Source: a virus
Taxonomy: Duplodnaviria > Caudoviricetes
IMG/VR virus record: IMGVR_UViG_2974799246_000001
Span: 96,001 to 160,000 of that record
DNA: 64,000 bases
Direction: 5' to 3' (one strand)
The notes below the pieces were generated by a model, which saw nothing but the letters and a program-made list of their open reading frames with translations, did not search any database and was not told the DNA's origin. This document shows, one piece after another, positions 9,416-17,654 of the stretch; position 1 is the stretch's first letter; the number at the start of each line of letters is the position of its first letter. The translations under genes and the position numbers were made by a program.

Positions 9416-10264
9416 CTATGCGGCAGCCAGATGCGGGTGAAGCATCTCGTCCATCATCGCATAAATCTTATCTTTCGTTCTCAGGCGAGTAGATGAAAGC
9501 GCAGAGTAAATCTGTTCCTTCACCTTAACGCGCTTACGCTCAGGCACCTGCTTAATCAAATGGCCAAGCCGCTTTTGAGCCGCCCATATTGCCCTTTGCT
9601 TAGGAGTAGCATTTGCGTGTCGCGCGTTTGCTTTAGCAGCAATCTTTCCCTTGAACTCAGCAAGATACAAGGGATCACTCTTTATGGTCTGCCACGCAGC
9701 CTTACCTGCTTCCGAGTAAACACGAGAACGATGTTCAGCGAATTTCTTATCGCGTTTGCATCGCTTGCGTGTTTCTTCAAAGCGTACCTTCTTAGTAGCT
9801 TTCATCTTCTCGATAGCAAGCCGTCCGTCCTCAGTAGCGTACTTAGCTAACAGGGCTGCGGACATTTCACGTTTGCGTTTGTCTGTGTACTTTTCGCGTG
9901 GAGCATCAAGTGCCCCCTTACCGCCCGCAGAAAGATTCAATAAAGGACCTCCGTACCGTATGCGTTTAATCTTCGCAATCAGTTCGAACTCTTTATCGTA
10001 GGCTTCTTCCTGCGTATCATAACGATACTTGATTTGGGCGATAGGCTCATAACCTTCATCGAGTAAGTGTCGGAATCTTGCGAGCTTCGGAGTATTGTCT
10101 CTCGTCTGCGCTTGATTCTTCAAGAACTTCGCCCAATGAACGTTGACCCTATCGCCTACACCCTTTCCCACGTAGAACGGCTCATGAGAAAATGTGTTGC
10201 GGCCGTAACGGAATGACCCAGGTCGTCTTGGGTCCATTAGTACATAAACATAATGACGTTTCAT
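9416..10264 (-). CDS. Free-standing GIY-YIG (LEM-3-like) homing endonuclease
   Basis: HYVYVLMDPR...EPFYVGKG...R...E...LLN motif set; basic C-terminal DNA-binding-like region; inserted right after the major capsid gene. Confidence 0.85.
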   Translation of the reverse strand: MKRHYVYVLMDPRRPGSFRYGRNTFSHEPFYVGKGVGDRVNVHWAKFLKNQAQTRDNTPKLARFRHLLDEGYEPIAQIKYRYDTQEEAYDKEFELIAKIKRIRYGGPLLNLSAGGKGALDAPREKYTDKRKREMSAALLAKYATEDGRLAIEKMKATKKVRFEETRKRCKRDKKFAEHRSRVYSEAGKAAWQTIKSDPLYLAEFKGKIAAKANARHANATPKQRAIWAAQKRLGHLIKQVPERKRVKVKEQIYSALSSTRLRTKDKIYAMMDEMLHPHLAAA

Positions 10265-10283
10265 AAAGAGTGATCCCTCGTAT
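9665..10283. repeat. 22-bp inverted repeat pair (9665-9686 and 10262-10283), 21/22 identical
   Basis: Plus strand 9665 ATACAAGGGATCACTCTTTATG versus minus strand 10283-10262 ATACGAGGGATCACTCTTTATG. Confidence 0.9.
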
Positions 10284-10364
10284 GGATAATGAAGAACAAC
10301 TCAAGTGGTAGCGAGTGATACGAGCACTCGCAGAGCTGGCCGGCCTTTTCCCACAAGAGTTGTT
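10277..10364 (-). ncRNA. Structured leader RNA (multi-stem junction with possible pseudoknot onto the RBS)
   Basis: P1 AACAACUC-UU-GUGG / CCAC-UU-GAGUUGUU; P3 GCGAGUG/CACUCGC; loop CUCGUAU is complementary to AUACGAG at 10283-10277. Confidence 0.7.
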
Positions 10365-10398
10365 TATTGCTTTACATCAGTGTTCTAGGCAATCAATC

Positions 10399-11499
10399 CT
10401 AGCCTCGAACAGCTTTTGCGACTGAACGCACGTTCGCCAGAGTGAAGGAGAAGGTGCTAGACAGCAACCAGCCGCGGTCGGTGTTACCCTGGTTAGCGCC
10501 AGAGGTCGGAGTAGACTGGGTGCCGCCACGAGTGGTGTACACTGCGTGGTAGTCCTGGTCAGCCAGAACGTACAGTTCGCCGTCCTGCAGAACGCGGTGC
10601 TCTGGAGCACGGAAGCCGTCAGTTACCAGTTCCATACCCAGCAGGGTACCCAGACGACCGGTGGTGATCAGGTCATACTTAGACACTGGGTCCAGAGCAG
10701 AGCTGAACTGATCGTTACCAACGATATCGTTCCAGTAGTCCTGCGCCATCACGGCAGTGCTTACAGGCAGCGGCCAGCTAGACACAGAATTTTTCAGGGT
10801 AGACAGCAGACGCGGAGTCAGGTCACCGTGAACGAAGGTCATCGGGTTAGCAACGCCGACTGCCTGGTCACAAGCACGTTTCCACAGACGGTCTTCTGCA
10901 ACCATGATAGAAGACAGGCCGTCTTGCTGCGCACGGTCCAGCAGGTCGCCGTTGATCTGGTCCAGGTCCATTTTGCTGACGCGGATGTTGGATTTCAGTT
11001 CGAACTCAGCAGGCGTGTATACACGACCGCGGAACTGGTAGTAACCCATGTCAGAAGGACCGGTCGCGATGATTGCTTCCGCCTGGTGAATTTTCAGTTC
11101 GATACGAGCGATATCGCCCTGACGAACGGTAGCGCCTTTACAAACTTTGCGCAGCAGGCCAGCACGTTCAGCACGGTCTTCGATAGATGCAACGATAGAA
11201 GCACCCAGAGAAGCCCACTTCTCACCAGAGCTGTCAGCCACAGCTTCCTGGAACAGTTCGATCTTCTCTTGCTCTGACAGGCCGCCAGCGTTTGCAGAAG
11301 TAGAGTGAACCAGTTCGCCGTTCTGGAATGCGCCCATCAGCTTAGTGATTTGGCCCAGCAGGTCTTTTTGGCTCGATGCGTTGATCTCACCAGTGGAAGA
11401 GGAAAGCGCCAGCTCACCTTTACCACCAAAACGCAGGTCTTCGATAGGCGCGCCATTACGCAGGGTTACTTTAGCGCCGCGCATTAAAGAGTTGTTCAT
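10399..11499 (-). CDS. Major capsid protein
   Basis: 366 aa; strongest high-expression codon bias; position after protease/scaffold/decoration genes; HK97-like features (AEDRLWK, GRLGTLLGMELVTD). Confidence 0.8.
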   Translation of the reverse strand: MNNSLMRGAKVTLRNGAPIEDLRFGGKGELALSSSTGEINASSQKDLLGQITKLMGAFQNGELVHSTSANAGGLSEQEKIELFQEAVADSSGEKWASLGASIVASIEDRAERAGLLRKVCKGATVRQGDIARIELKIHQAEAIIATGPSDMGYYQFRGRVYTPAEFELKSNIRVSKMDLDQINGDLLDRAQQDGLSSIMVAEDRLWKRACDQAVGVANPMTFVHGDLTPRLLSTLKNSVSSWPLPVSTAVMAQDYWNDIVGNDQFSSALDPVSKYDLITTGRLGTLLGMELVTDGFRAPEHRVLQDGELYVLADQDYHAVYTTRGGTQSTPTSGANQGNTDRGWLLSSTFSFTLANVRSVAKAVRG

Positions 11500-11561
11500 T
11501 AGTTGCTCCTGAGATTAATCTCGTAAGTTTTCAGATACTAAACAGTCACGGTGCGCGACGA

Positions 11562-12269
11562 TTAAGCGCCGTAAGAGGAAGTGGTTTCGATGATCAGGTA
11601 GCCGCGCTCAGTAGTTGGCGCTTGCTTGATGATCAGACCTTTCAGCTCGGTGCCGTTACCACCGATGGTCAGCAGGCCGTTTGGACCCAGGCTTGGGTGC
11701 AGCACGTTGTCAGCAGACCAGTCAGCAGTCGGGTCAAACATAGAGGTAGCAACGTTACCCAGTTTGATGTACGCGATGCGGCCTTCAACGTTAGACGGCA
11801 GACCACCGATAGGAGCATCAGCAGTGTAAGAACGCGCTTCGGTCACGGTCAGTTCGTAAGCATACTGGATGCGAACTTTCTTACCAATGTCGTCAGCGTG
11901 GAAGTACAGGTCAGCACCCTGAACACCGACTTTACCTTCGGCAGTAGGAGCAGCGTTAGCTTCCTGATCTGCTTTAGTACCGTCGATTTTAACCAGCAGT
12001 GCGCCAGCGTTAGGAACGCGGGATGCAGTGAACTTTTTGGTAGCGTCGATAACGAACTCTTCCACACGGTTCATGTTCGCAGGCGGCATAGAGCGAGCCA
12101 GAGCGAAACCGGCGAATACTTCGTCAGCAGCACCAGTAGACAGACGCAGGAAGGAGTGACCGCCTTCGCGAGTCCAAACCAGTGCGACGCCTTCTTCGTG
12201 GATTACTTCACCCGGCAGCAGATCAGCTTCCTGGGTCTGTACGATTGCGGTAGCGTTTTGAAACAACAT
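11562..12269 (-). CDS. Head decoration/structural protein
   Basis: Start re-called to ATG 12269 (GGAG SD); high-expression codons; directly upstream of capsid gene. Confidence 0.6.
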   Translation of the reverse strand: MLFQNATAIVQTQEADLLPGEVIHEEGVALVWTREGGHSFLRLSTGAADEVFAGFALARSMPPANMNRVEEFVIDATKKFTASRVPNAGALLVKIDGTKADQEANAAPTAEGKVGVQGADLYFHADDIGKKVRIQYAYELTVTEARSYTADAPIGGLPSNVEGRIAYIKLGNVATSMFDPTADWSADNVLHPSLGPNGLLTIGGNGTELKGLIIKQAPTTERGYLIIETTSSYGA

Positions 12270-12320
12270 AATCAAATTCTCCAATAAGAGATTGCGAGAT
12301 TAAACTACTGTCTGCCCGTA

Positions 12321-14354
12321 TTAGCGCAGACGAGCAAGTTTATCAGCGAAGGATGAGCCAGTGGAAGCTGAACTCTGGGAAGAAACAGACTCGAGGTCCT
12401 GATTCAACAGGTCAGCAGCAGTCTGTTGTTTGACTGGTGCAGTGGTAACCTGCTGTTGAACAACTGCCTGGCGGTCGGCACTAACAGTACCAGCAGCGGC
12501 GTCGATCGATTCAGAAATTTCGTTCTGGGCTACTTCTGACTTGCTCATCAGGTCCATCGCTTTTGACAGCGAAGCCGCGAGGAAGTCTTTACCGTGAGCG
12601 ATAAACGCACGTTCAATCAGAGCGCGTGGCTCTTTGAGACCGGCAGCAGTCAGAGAACTCGCCAGAGACTCAACGATTGGGTTACGCACATCACCCCAGA
12701 AGTTTTTGGTAACACCCAGCTGTGCAGCAGACAGCGCAGCGACCAGACGATCAGCGTGAGCTGAGGTAGCTTCTTCGATAGTCGCAGTGACGTTCGAGGT
12801 TGCTTCGTTGATACGCGCGTCGGATTCAGCCACCAGCAGTTTGTCTACCGGCATTTCGAACTGATACGGCATAAAGCCGAACGATTCACAAGTACCAGCA
12901 ACACCAGTCTGATTCAGAGAGTGTGATACGGCACGGATGAAATTATCAGTATCGAAAGATTTAACCGCATTTTCTTCGCCGACTGCATTAGATACAGAAG
13001 CGAGAGTAGCGCGGGCCAGAGGTTCGCCATCGTAGTACATGTGAACAGTGTTCACTTTACCAGCAGCGCGGCTCAGGCTAACGAGTGACGGGTCCAGCGT
13101 GCCGTGGTTGGCTTGCGCAGTGGACAGACTGTCGAAGGTGCGGCTGACGGCCTTACTTTCAGAATCGAAATCGTCTTCGTCATCGAGGTCGAGATCATCT
13201 TCTTCCAGTTCTTCGTCGTCGAGGTCTTCATCTTCGTCGTCATCGCTAGATGATTCGGAATCGAAGTCTTCATCGTCGAGGTCTTCGTCATCCAGATCTT
13301 CGTCGTCGAGGTCTTCCTCATCGAGGTCGTCTTCGTCGAAATCTTCGTCGTCTTCCTCGTCGTCGTCAGAGCTGGATTCAGAATCGAAGTCGTCTTCGTC
13401 TTCTTCCAGGTCTTCGTCATCCAGATCATCTTCATCCAGATCTTCGTCGTCGAGGTCGTCTTCGTCGTCGATATCATCTTCATCATCGTTAGAAGATTCG
13501 GAGTCGATATCGTCTTCGTCCAGATCGTCATCTTCATCGTCAAGGTCATCTTCCTCAACAATGTCGATATCGCTGTCGTCGCCAGATTGAGATTCAATCG
13601 GCTCATCAACCAGCGCGGCAGAACAGTGGGCGCAGAACACTGGCTCTTCATCGGAAGATACAGTGAATGGCTGGTCGCAGTTAGCAGAGCAGCTATAGAT
13701 ATGCGCTTCAACTTCATCGCCAGCAGAAGACAGAGCAGCGATTGCTTCTGGAGCTTCTTGCGGGTCACAGGAAGTAACTTCCTGGCCGGTGTACGGGTCG
13801 AAGTTTGCGGCAGTAGCAGCGTTAAAGCTACCAGTACCAGACACAGCGGTAAACGTGTGTGCGTTGCTCAGTGCCAGTGCGAAGTTGCGTTGTGCAGCTT
13901 CGGCAGTCTCGCCGGTAGCAACCAGACCAACGTGTTCAACCTGTTCGTCAGCAGAAGCTGATTCGGCCAGGAATTGAGTAACGCGTTCGTCAGTGATTTC
14001 GGACAGGTCAGCAGAGCACGATGGGCAGCAGCCCTGAACCAGAGCAGAGCTATCAGAGATAACGTGGCTACCACAACCATCAAGACAGATGGTGTAATGC
14101 GCTTTCACGTCACCAGCAGAAGACTGCGACTGGACTTCGGCTTTCTCAACCAAATCAGGATGCTCTACCAGCAGTTCTTCACCGCCGTTAGGATTGTAAA
14201 GGTCCGCGCCGCTCTGCGAAGCAAAGCCCACACCGGCAGAGTTCCCGAAAATCATCAGGTTCTGACCGAGTGCAGTACGGCGAAAGTTCTCTACTGCCTG
14301 ATTATGGTTTTGACCGACACACAGGATACCCGCGAGTTGGGTAATCTTTGGCAT
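12321..14354 (-). CDS. Prohead core/scaffold-like protein with Zn-ribbon motifs and a long acidic tract
   Basis: Start probably ATG 14354 (GAGGG SD); CxxxC/CxxC pairs occur twice; ~150-aa D/E tract; helical C-terminus. Confidence 0.6.
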   Translation of the reverse strand: MPKITQLAGILCVGQNHNQAVENFRRTALGQNLMIFGNSAGVGFASQSGADLYNPNGGEELLVEHPDLVEKAEVQSQSSAGDVKAHYTICLDGCGSHVISDSSALVQGCCPSCSADLSEITDERVTQFLAESASADEQVEHVGLVATGETAEAAQRNFALALSNAHTFTAVSGTGSFNAATAANFDPYTGQEVTSCDPQEAPEAIAALSSAGDEVEAHIYSCSANCDQPFTVSSDEEPVFCAHCSAALVDEPIESQSGDDSDIDIVEEDDLDDEDDDLDEDDIDSESSNDDEDDIDDEDDLDDEDLDEDDLDDEDLEEDEDDFDSESSSDDDEEDDEDFDEDDLDEEDLDDEDLDDEDLDDEDFDSESSSDDDEDEDLDDEELEEDDLDLDDEDDFDSESKAVSRTFDSLSTAQANHGTLDPSLVSLSRAAGKVNTVHMYYDGEPLARATLASVSNAVGEENAVKSFDTDNFIRAVSHSLNQTGVAGTCESFGFMPYQFEMPVDKLLVAESDARINEATSNVTATIEEATSAHADRLVAALSAAQLGVTKNFWGDVRNPIVESLASSLTAAGLKEPRALIERAFIAHGKDFLAASLSKAMDLMSKSEVAQNEISESIDAAAGTVSADRQAVVQQQVTTAPVKQQTAADLLNQDLESVSSQSSASTGSSFADKLARLR
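13150..13600 (-). repeat. Low-complexity coding repeat (DDEDL units punctuated by DSES)
   Basis: Repeated TCTTCGTCGTCGAGGTC-type units on the plus strand; four acidic blocks each ending F/I-D-S-E-S. Confidence 0.85.
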
Positions 14355-14431
14355 GGTTAAAACCCTCATAAATTTTTAGTCGTTGAATCGACAGGTTAAA
14401 ATTAACGATTGCAGAAAAAATTCAGGTATTT

Positions 14432-15565
14432 TTAAACTTTTCTGCTATCAATGTCAGCTTGCGGAATATAGCGATTTTCGAAGTATTTATTGACCACTTC
14501 TACTCCGTTTAACGTATAAACGTTACGCATACTATCACCCCAAACCATTAGCTCTGCGAGGGTCGCAAAGTGTTCTGCGGGCACTGTATTTATGGTACGT
14601 GCGTTCAAGCTATCTGGATGGATTTTCTTTCCTCGGATAGCCTGATCGAACTTCATACGGTCAACATTTCGTATCATCGTATGGTCAACAAAGTGCGCCA
14701 ATTCGTGGGTCATTGCATGGCCGAATGAACGGCTATTATAACCCCCGAACAAGTCCACCAACTGCTTTGGACTCATTGAAATTACACCATACAGGAATCC
14801 TGACACGGTATAAGTAGCAATATGTGACCCACCAACATCGTTACCATGTTTAACGATACCCACATATAGGCGTTTAAACGGCAGAGGCACATTAAGACCT
14901 ATGCCAGGCATGACGTTATCCTGAATGTCTTTGAGTACATAGTCAGGAGGACTCACACCTTCCAGCAGGATTTTCTTGCCACCTATACGCAGTTCGTCAG
15001 CACCCAATACTTCAAGATGCACATTGCCACAACGTGGTATCTTCTGGACTGCGTAGTTATTTGGCGTACCACCAGGATAGTTGGCATTTGCATACACCAA
15101 GGCTTTCATATCACCGAACTGCGGCATGTCCATTAGACGACGCTGTTTGGCTTTGAGCGACTCTGGCGTATCTACACCGAACTGATCAAGAGGACCATCG
15201 GCTGGTGTATTTTGTTCGGGCGCTGGAGCTTCTACTTGCTGGGGTTTCGCTTTGACAGGCACGGGCTTCGGCTTGGGTGCAGCAGCTTTCTGCTTTTCCT
15301 CGTAAGGAACGAAGTCGAATCCAGGCTTGAAGAGGGCGTCAGGCTTAGCCGTGAATGGGCGACTCTGCGATACTACGCGGTCACCGTCTTCTCCACTGAT
15401 TGCATAAGCCATGTCGTATTTAGGGTGGGCTATGTAGTACAGGTCGTCACTCACTTTGACCAGACCTACAACCTCACGTGTATGCAGATGCACACCGTTT
15501 GAGATCATAGCGTCTGGTCCAAGATAACGATAGTACGAATAGTCTGCTATGGACATATCGGACAT
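14432..15565 (-). CDS. Zincin-like metallopeptidase with shared N-terminal domain
   Basis: Start re-called to 15565 (TAATG overlap); HELAH motif plus downstream PAEHFA; N-domain shared with 4863..5537. Confidence 0.65.
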   Translation of the reverse strand: MSDMSIADYSYYRYLGPDAMISNGVHLHTREVVGLVKVSDDLYYIAHPKYDMAYAISGEDGDRVVSQSRPFTAKPDALFKPGFDFVPYEEKQKAAAPKPKPVPVKAKPQQVEAPAPEQNTPADGPLDQFGVDTPESLKAKQRRLMDMPQFGDMKALVYANANYPGGTPNNYAVQKIPRCGNVHLEVLGADELRIGGKKILLEGVSPPDYVLKDIQDNVMPGIGLNVPLPFKRLYVGIVKHGNDVGGSHIATYTVSGFLYGVISMSPKQLVDLFGGYNSRSFGHAMTHELAHFVDHTMIRNVDRMKFDQAIRGKKIHPDSLNARTINTVPAEHFATLAELMVWGDSMRNVYTLNGVEVVNKYFENRYIPQADIDSRKV

Positions 15566-16344
15566 TAAGCCATCCGCAGCAGATGTTCTTTGTACGTTGC
15601 AGCACACGCAAATGCTGGATCATCGACCGAGCTACATTCGAAGCCAGTCAACATCTTGCAATCACGATACACCAGACGGCCTGTACGACCATCGAGGTAT
15701 GTAGGCTTATTGAATGCCGTGTGCGAACAGAAGTTACGATGACGCGGTGTAACCAACTGACCACAGATACTGCACTTATATGCCTTGTACGTTGTGCCTT
15801 TAGAGTACGTGTTAAGCTCGCCACTCAGAATACGGTCACAACGCTCCTTGCAGCGTGTACGGTCAAACGCCAGCAGCAGAGTAAGACGCGCATGGTTGCC
15901 ACGGAAGTTTTGCAGCTTCGACAGGTTCGAGTCAAAGATCATGCCCATTGCCTGGCGGTAATCTTTATTGTTGTGCTCGATGAACGTCGGCTTACCAATG
16001 AACGTCTGATATGCAAGACGGCCTTGGTCTGGATTGAATGTCAGCCATTCTTGAAGTGAGAACGCATCACCGTTAGTGTTCGGCAGTTCAGTGATATTCA
16101 CAGGAACAGGCACGATGATATAGTCACGAATATCTCGCGAGGTGTTGTACTGCTCGGCCGCTTTAGGCAGCCACACGTTCACGTCAAGATTAAACGAGCC
16201 TGATTGAATGCCGAAACGCGACGCATCTACACGAATGGATTTAGCATCACGGCTAACATCTTCTTTGTGCATATCAATCGCGTTTAGACCAACAAGGCCC
16301 ATATCCGAGGTATCAAAAGACTCGGAGCGAATGGACTGGTCCAT
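15565..16344 (-). CDS. Prohead maturation protease
   Basis: NTNGDAF, FIGKPTFIEHN, GMIFDS, YSKG, FECSSVDDPAF pattern of HK97/herpes-fold head proteases; CSICG Zn insert; head-module position. Confidence 0.7.
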   Translation of the reverse strand: MDQSIRSESFDTSDMGLVGLNAIDMHKEDVSRDAKSIRVDASRFGIQSGSFNLDVNVWLPKAAEQYNTSRDIRDYIIVPVPVNITELPNTNGDAFSLQEWLTFNPDQGRLAYQTFIGKPTFIEHNNKDYRQAMGMIFDSNLSKLQNFRGNHARLTLLLAFDRTRCKERCDRILSGELNTYSKGTTYKAYKCSICGQLVTPRHRNFCSHTAFNKPTYLDGRTGRLVYRDCKMLTGFECSSVDDPAFACAATYKEHLLRMA

Positions 16345-16354
16345 CGTGTTCTCC

Positions 16355-16777
16355 CTATTGGAAATTGTTGATGTTATCGGCGCTTGCGTTAGCCAAACGA
16401 ACGCAACCCTCTTCGACTTGGAAGCCGTTGAGTCCGTCCATAGTGCTTAGCCAGTAGCGCAGCCGTCCATCTGAAATTACTGCGTTTTCAACATACGCAG
16501 GAACTTCTTTGCCTGAATCTTTGAACGTGGCAATGACTTCAACGCCAGGGTAGAACACGTCGAATGACTTCGTACTGAATATCGGTTTAACGATATCGGC
16601 CTCGGTCACTGGGTGCATTGCGTAGCGACTCTGAATCATGTACAGAGCCTCAGTTGCTCCGATAAGAATCGAGTTGATTGTGCCACGCAACTGACAACGT
16701 TCAGTGCCATCTAAATTGCGCCCGTGATAGAACGTCACGATATCGCCGATGTTATAATCAAAAGAGAACTGGGCCAT
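16355..16777 (-). CDS. Hypothetical protein (two SH3/KOW-like repeats)
   Basis: Start re-called to ATG 16777; repeated YNIGDIV/FYPGVEV pattern. Confidence 0.55.
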   Translation of the reverse strand: MAQFSFDYNIGDIVTFYHGRNLDGTERCQLRGTINSILIGATEALYMIQSRYAMHPVTEADIVKPIFSTKSFDVFYPGVEVIATFKDSGKEVPAYVENAVISDGRLRYWLSTMDGLNGFQVEEGCVRLANASADNINNFQ

Positions 16778-16778
16778 G

Positions 16779-17654
16779 TTAACCTCGCAGCGCACCACGT
16801 GCCCAAGACTTGGCAAGAGCCAGAGTCATACGGCTTGGGTTTTGCAGTTTGACTTCACCTTTATGTACGGCAGTGAATGGCTCATGAGCGTTCTCACCAC
16901 GGCCTGAACGATATGCAGCTTCATTGAAACCGTCGAATAGCGTTACAACCCAGCCCGTGGACTTATCAGAACATTCACCACACGCTTTGTCCCAGCTAAT
17001 CTTACCGCAAGTACGGCCACCAGCATTCACGGCATAACTTACTTGCTCGGTACCTTTATACAGGTCCTGAGATTTCAGCGCCTTGAATGTCACACGAGTA
17101 GAAGATTCGGAGCGTGGCATCATCTTCTCTTTCAGCGCCTCAATGTCCAGAGAACTCCAGAACGATTCAAACAGCGCAGCGAACTTCTGCTCAATAGGCA
17201 GGTCGATTGTGTTGATCTGTGCGATAGTGCTGGAGCTGTCGTTCAGCACACGGTTAAGGAAATAGCCGCCAAGAATTACAGGCATCTGGGTGCCTTGTGT
17301 GCCAGCCGTAAGGCCAGCACGTTTGGCGTACATATCACACATGCCGATAGCAAGACGCGCCAACGTCATGAACGTCTGCTTCTCGGTACTGTTAGCGATC
17401 TCCGTGTAGATACGCGCAGCGATTGCAGGCACTACAGTGCGTTTCGCCACGCTTAGGATATCTTCTGGAGAGATGGCCTGACCGAGTTTCTTCTTGGCAG
17501 CCAGCTCGAAAGCATTAATCAGGCTTGCTTTGTTCGCTGGTGTCAGAGACTCGCTCAACTTGATAGTCGTCTGCTCGGAGCTGTTCACCAGACTCGGCTG
17601 CGGTGCTACCTTCAGTCTGCGGACTCCCGTCGTGTTCAATCGAGCTACTGTCAT
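16779..17654 (-). CDS. Hypothetical virion (head) protein
   Basis: 291 aa with SD; LSESL and RSESS motifs. Confidence 0.65.
   Translation of the reverse strand: MTVARLNTTGVRRLKVAPQPSLVNSSEQTTIKLSESLTPANKASLINAFELAAKKKLGQAISPEDILSVAKRTVVPAIAARIYTEIANSTEKQTFMTLARLAIGMCDMYAKRAGLTAGTQGTQMPVILGGYFLNRVLNDSSSTIAQINTIDLPIEQKFAALFESFWSSLDIEALKEKMMPRSESSTRVTFKALKSQDLYKGTEQVSYAVNAGGRTCGKISWDKACGECSDKSTGWVVTLFDGFNEAAYRSGRGENAHEPFTAVHKGEVKLQNPSRMTLALAKSWARGALRG

Noticed and set aside
10295-10364. tRNA gene
   Set aside because: It has cloverleaf-like size but no T-loop GTTCRA, D-loop or CCA end.
9416-10398. Group I intron interrupting the capsid gene
   Set aside because: The capsid ORF ends in a normal stop and no downstream exon is evident. 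The 134-nt spacer is too short for an intron core, so the nuclease appears free-standing.
13048-13590. Poly-Ser plus-strand ORFs (also 21887..22669, 9005..9304)
   Set aside because: Simply the reverse complement of Asp/Glu codon tracts.
13150-13600. CRISPR-like array
   Set aside because: Repeats are degenerate, in-frame coding units without unique spacers.
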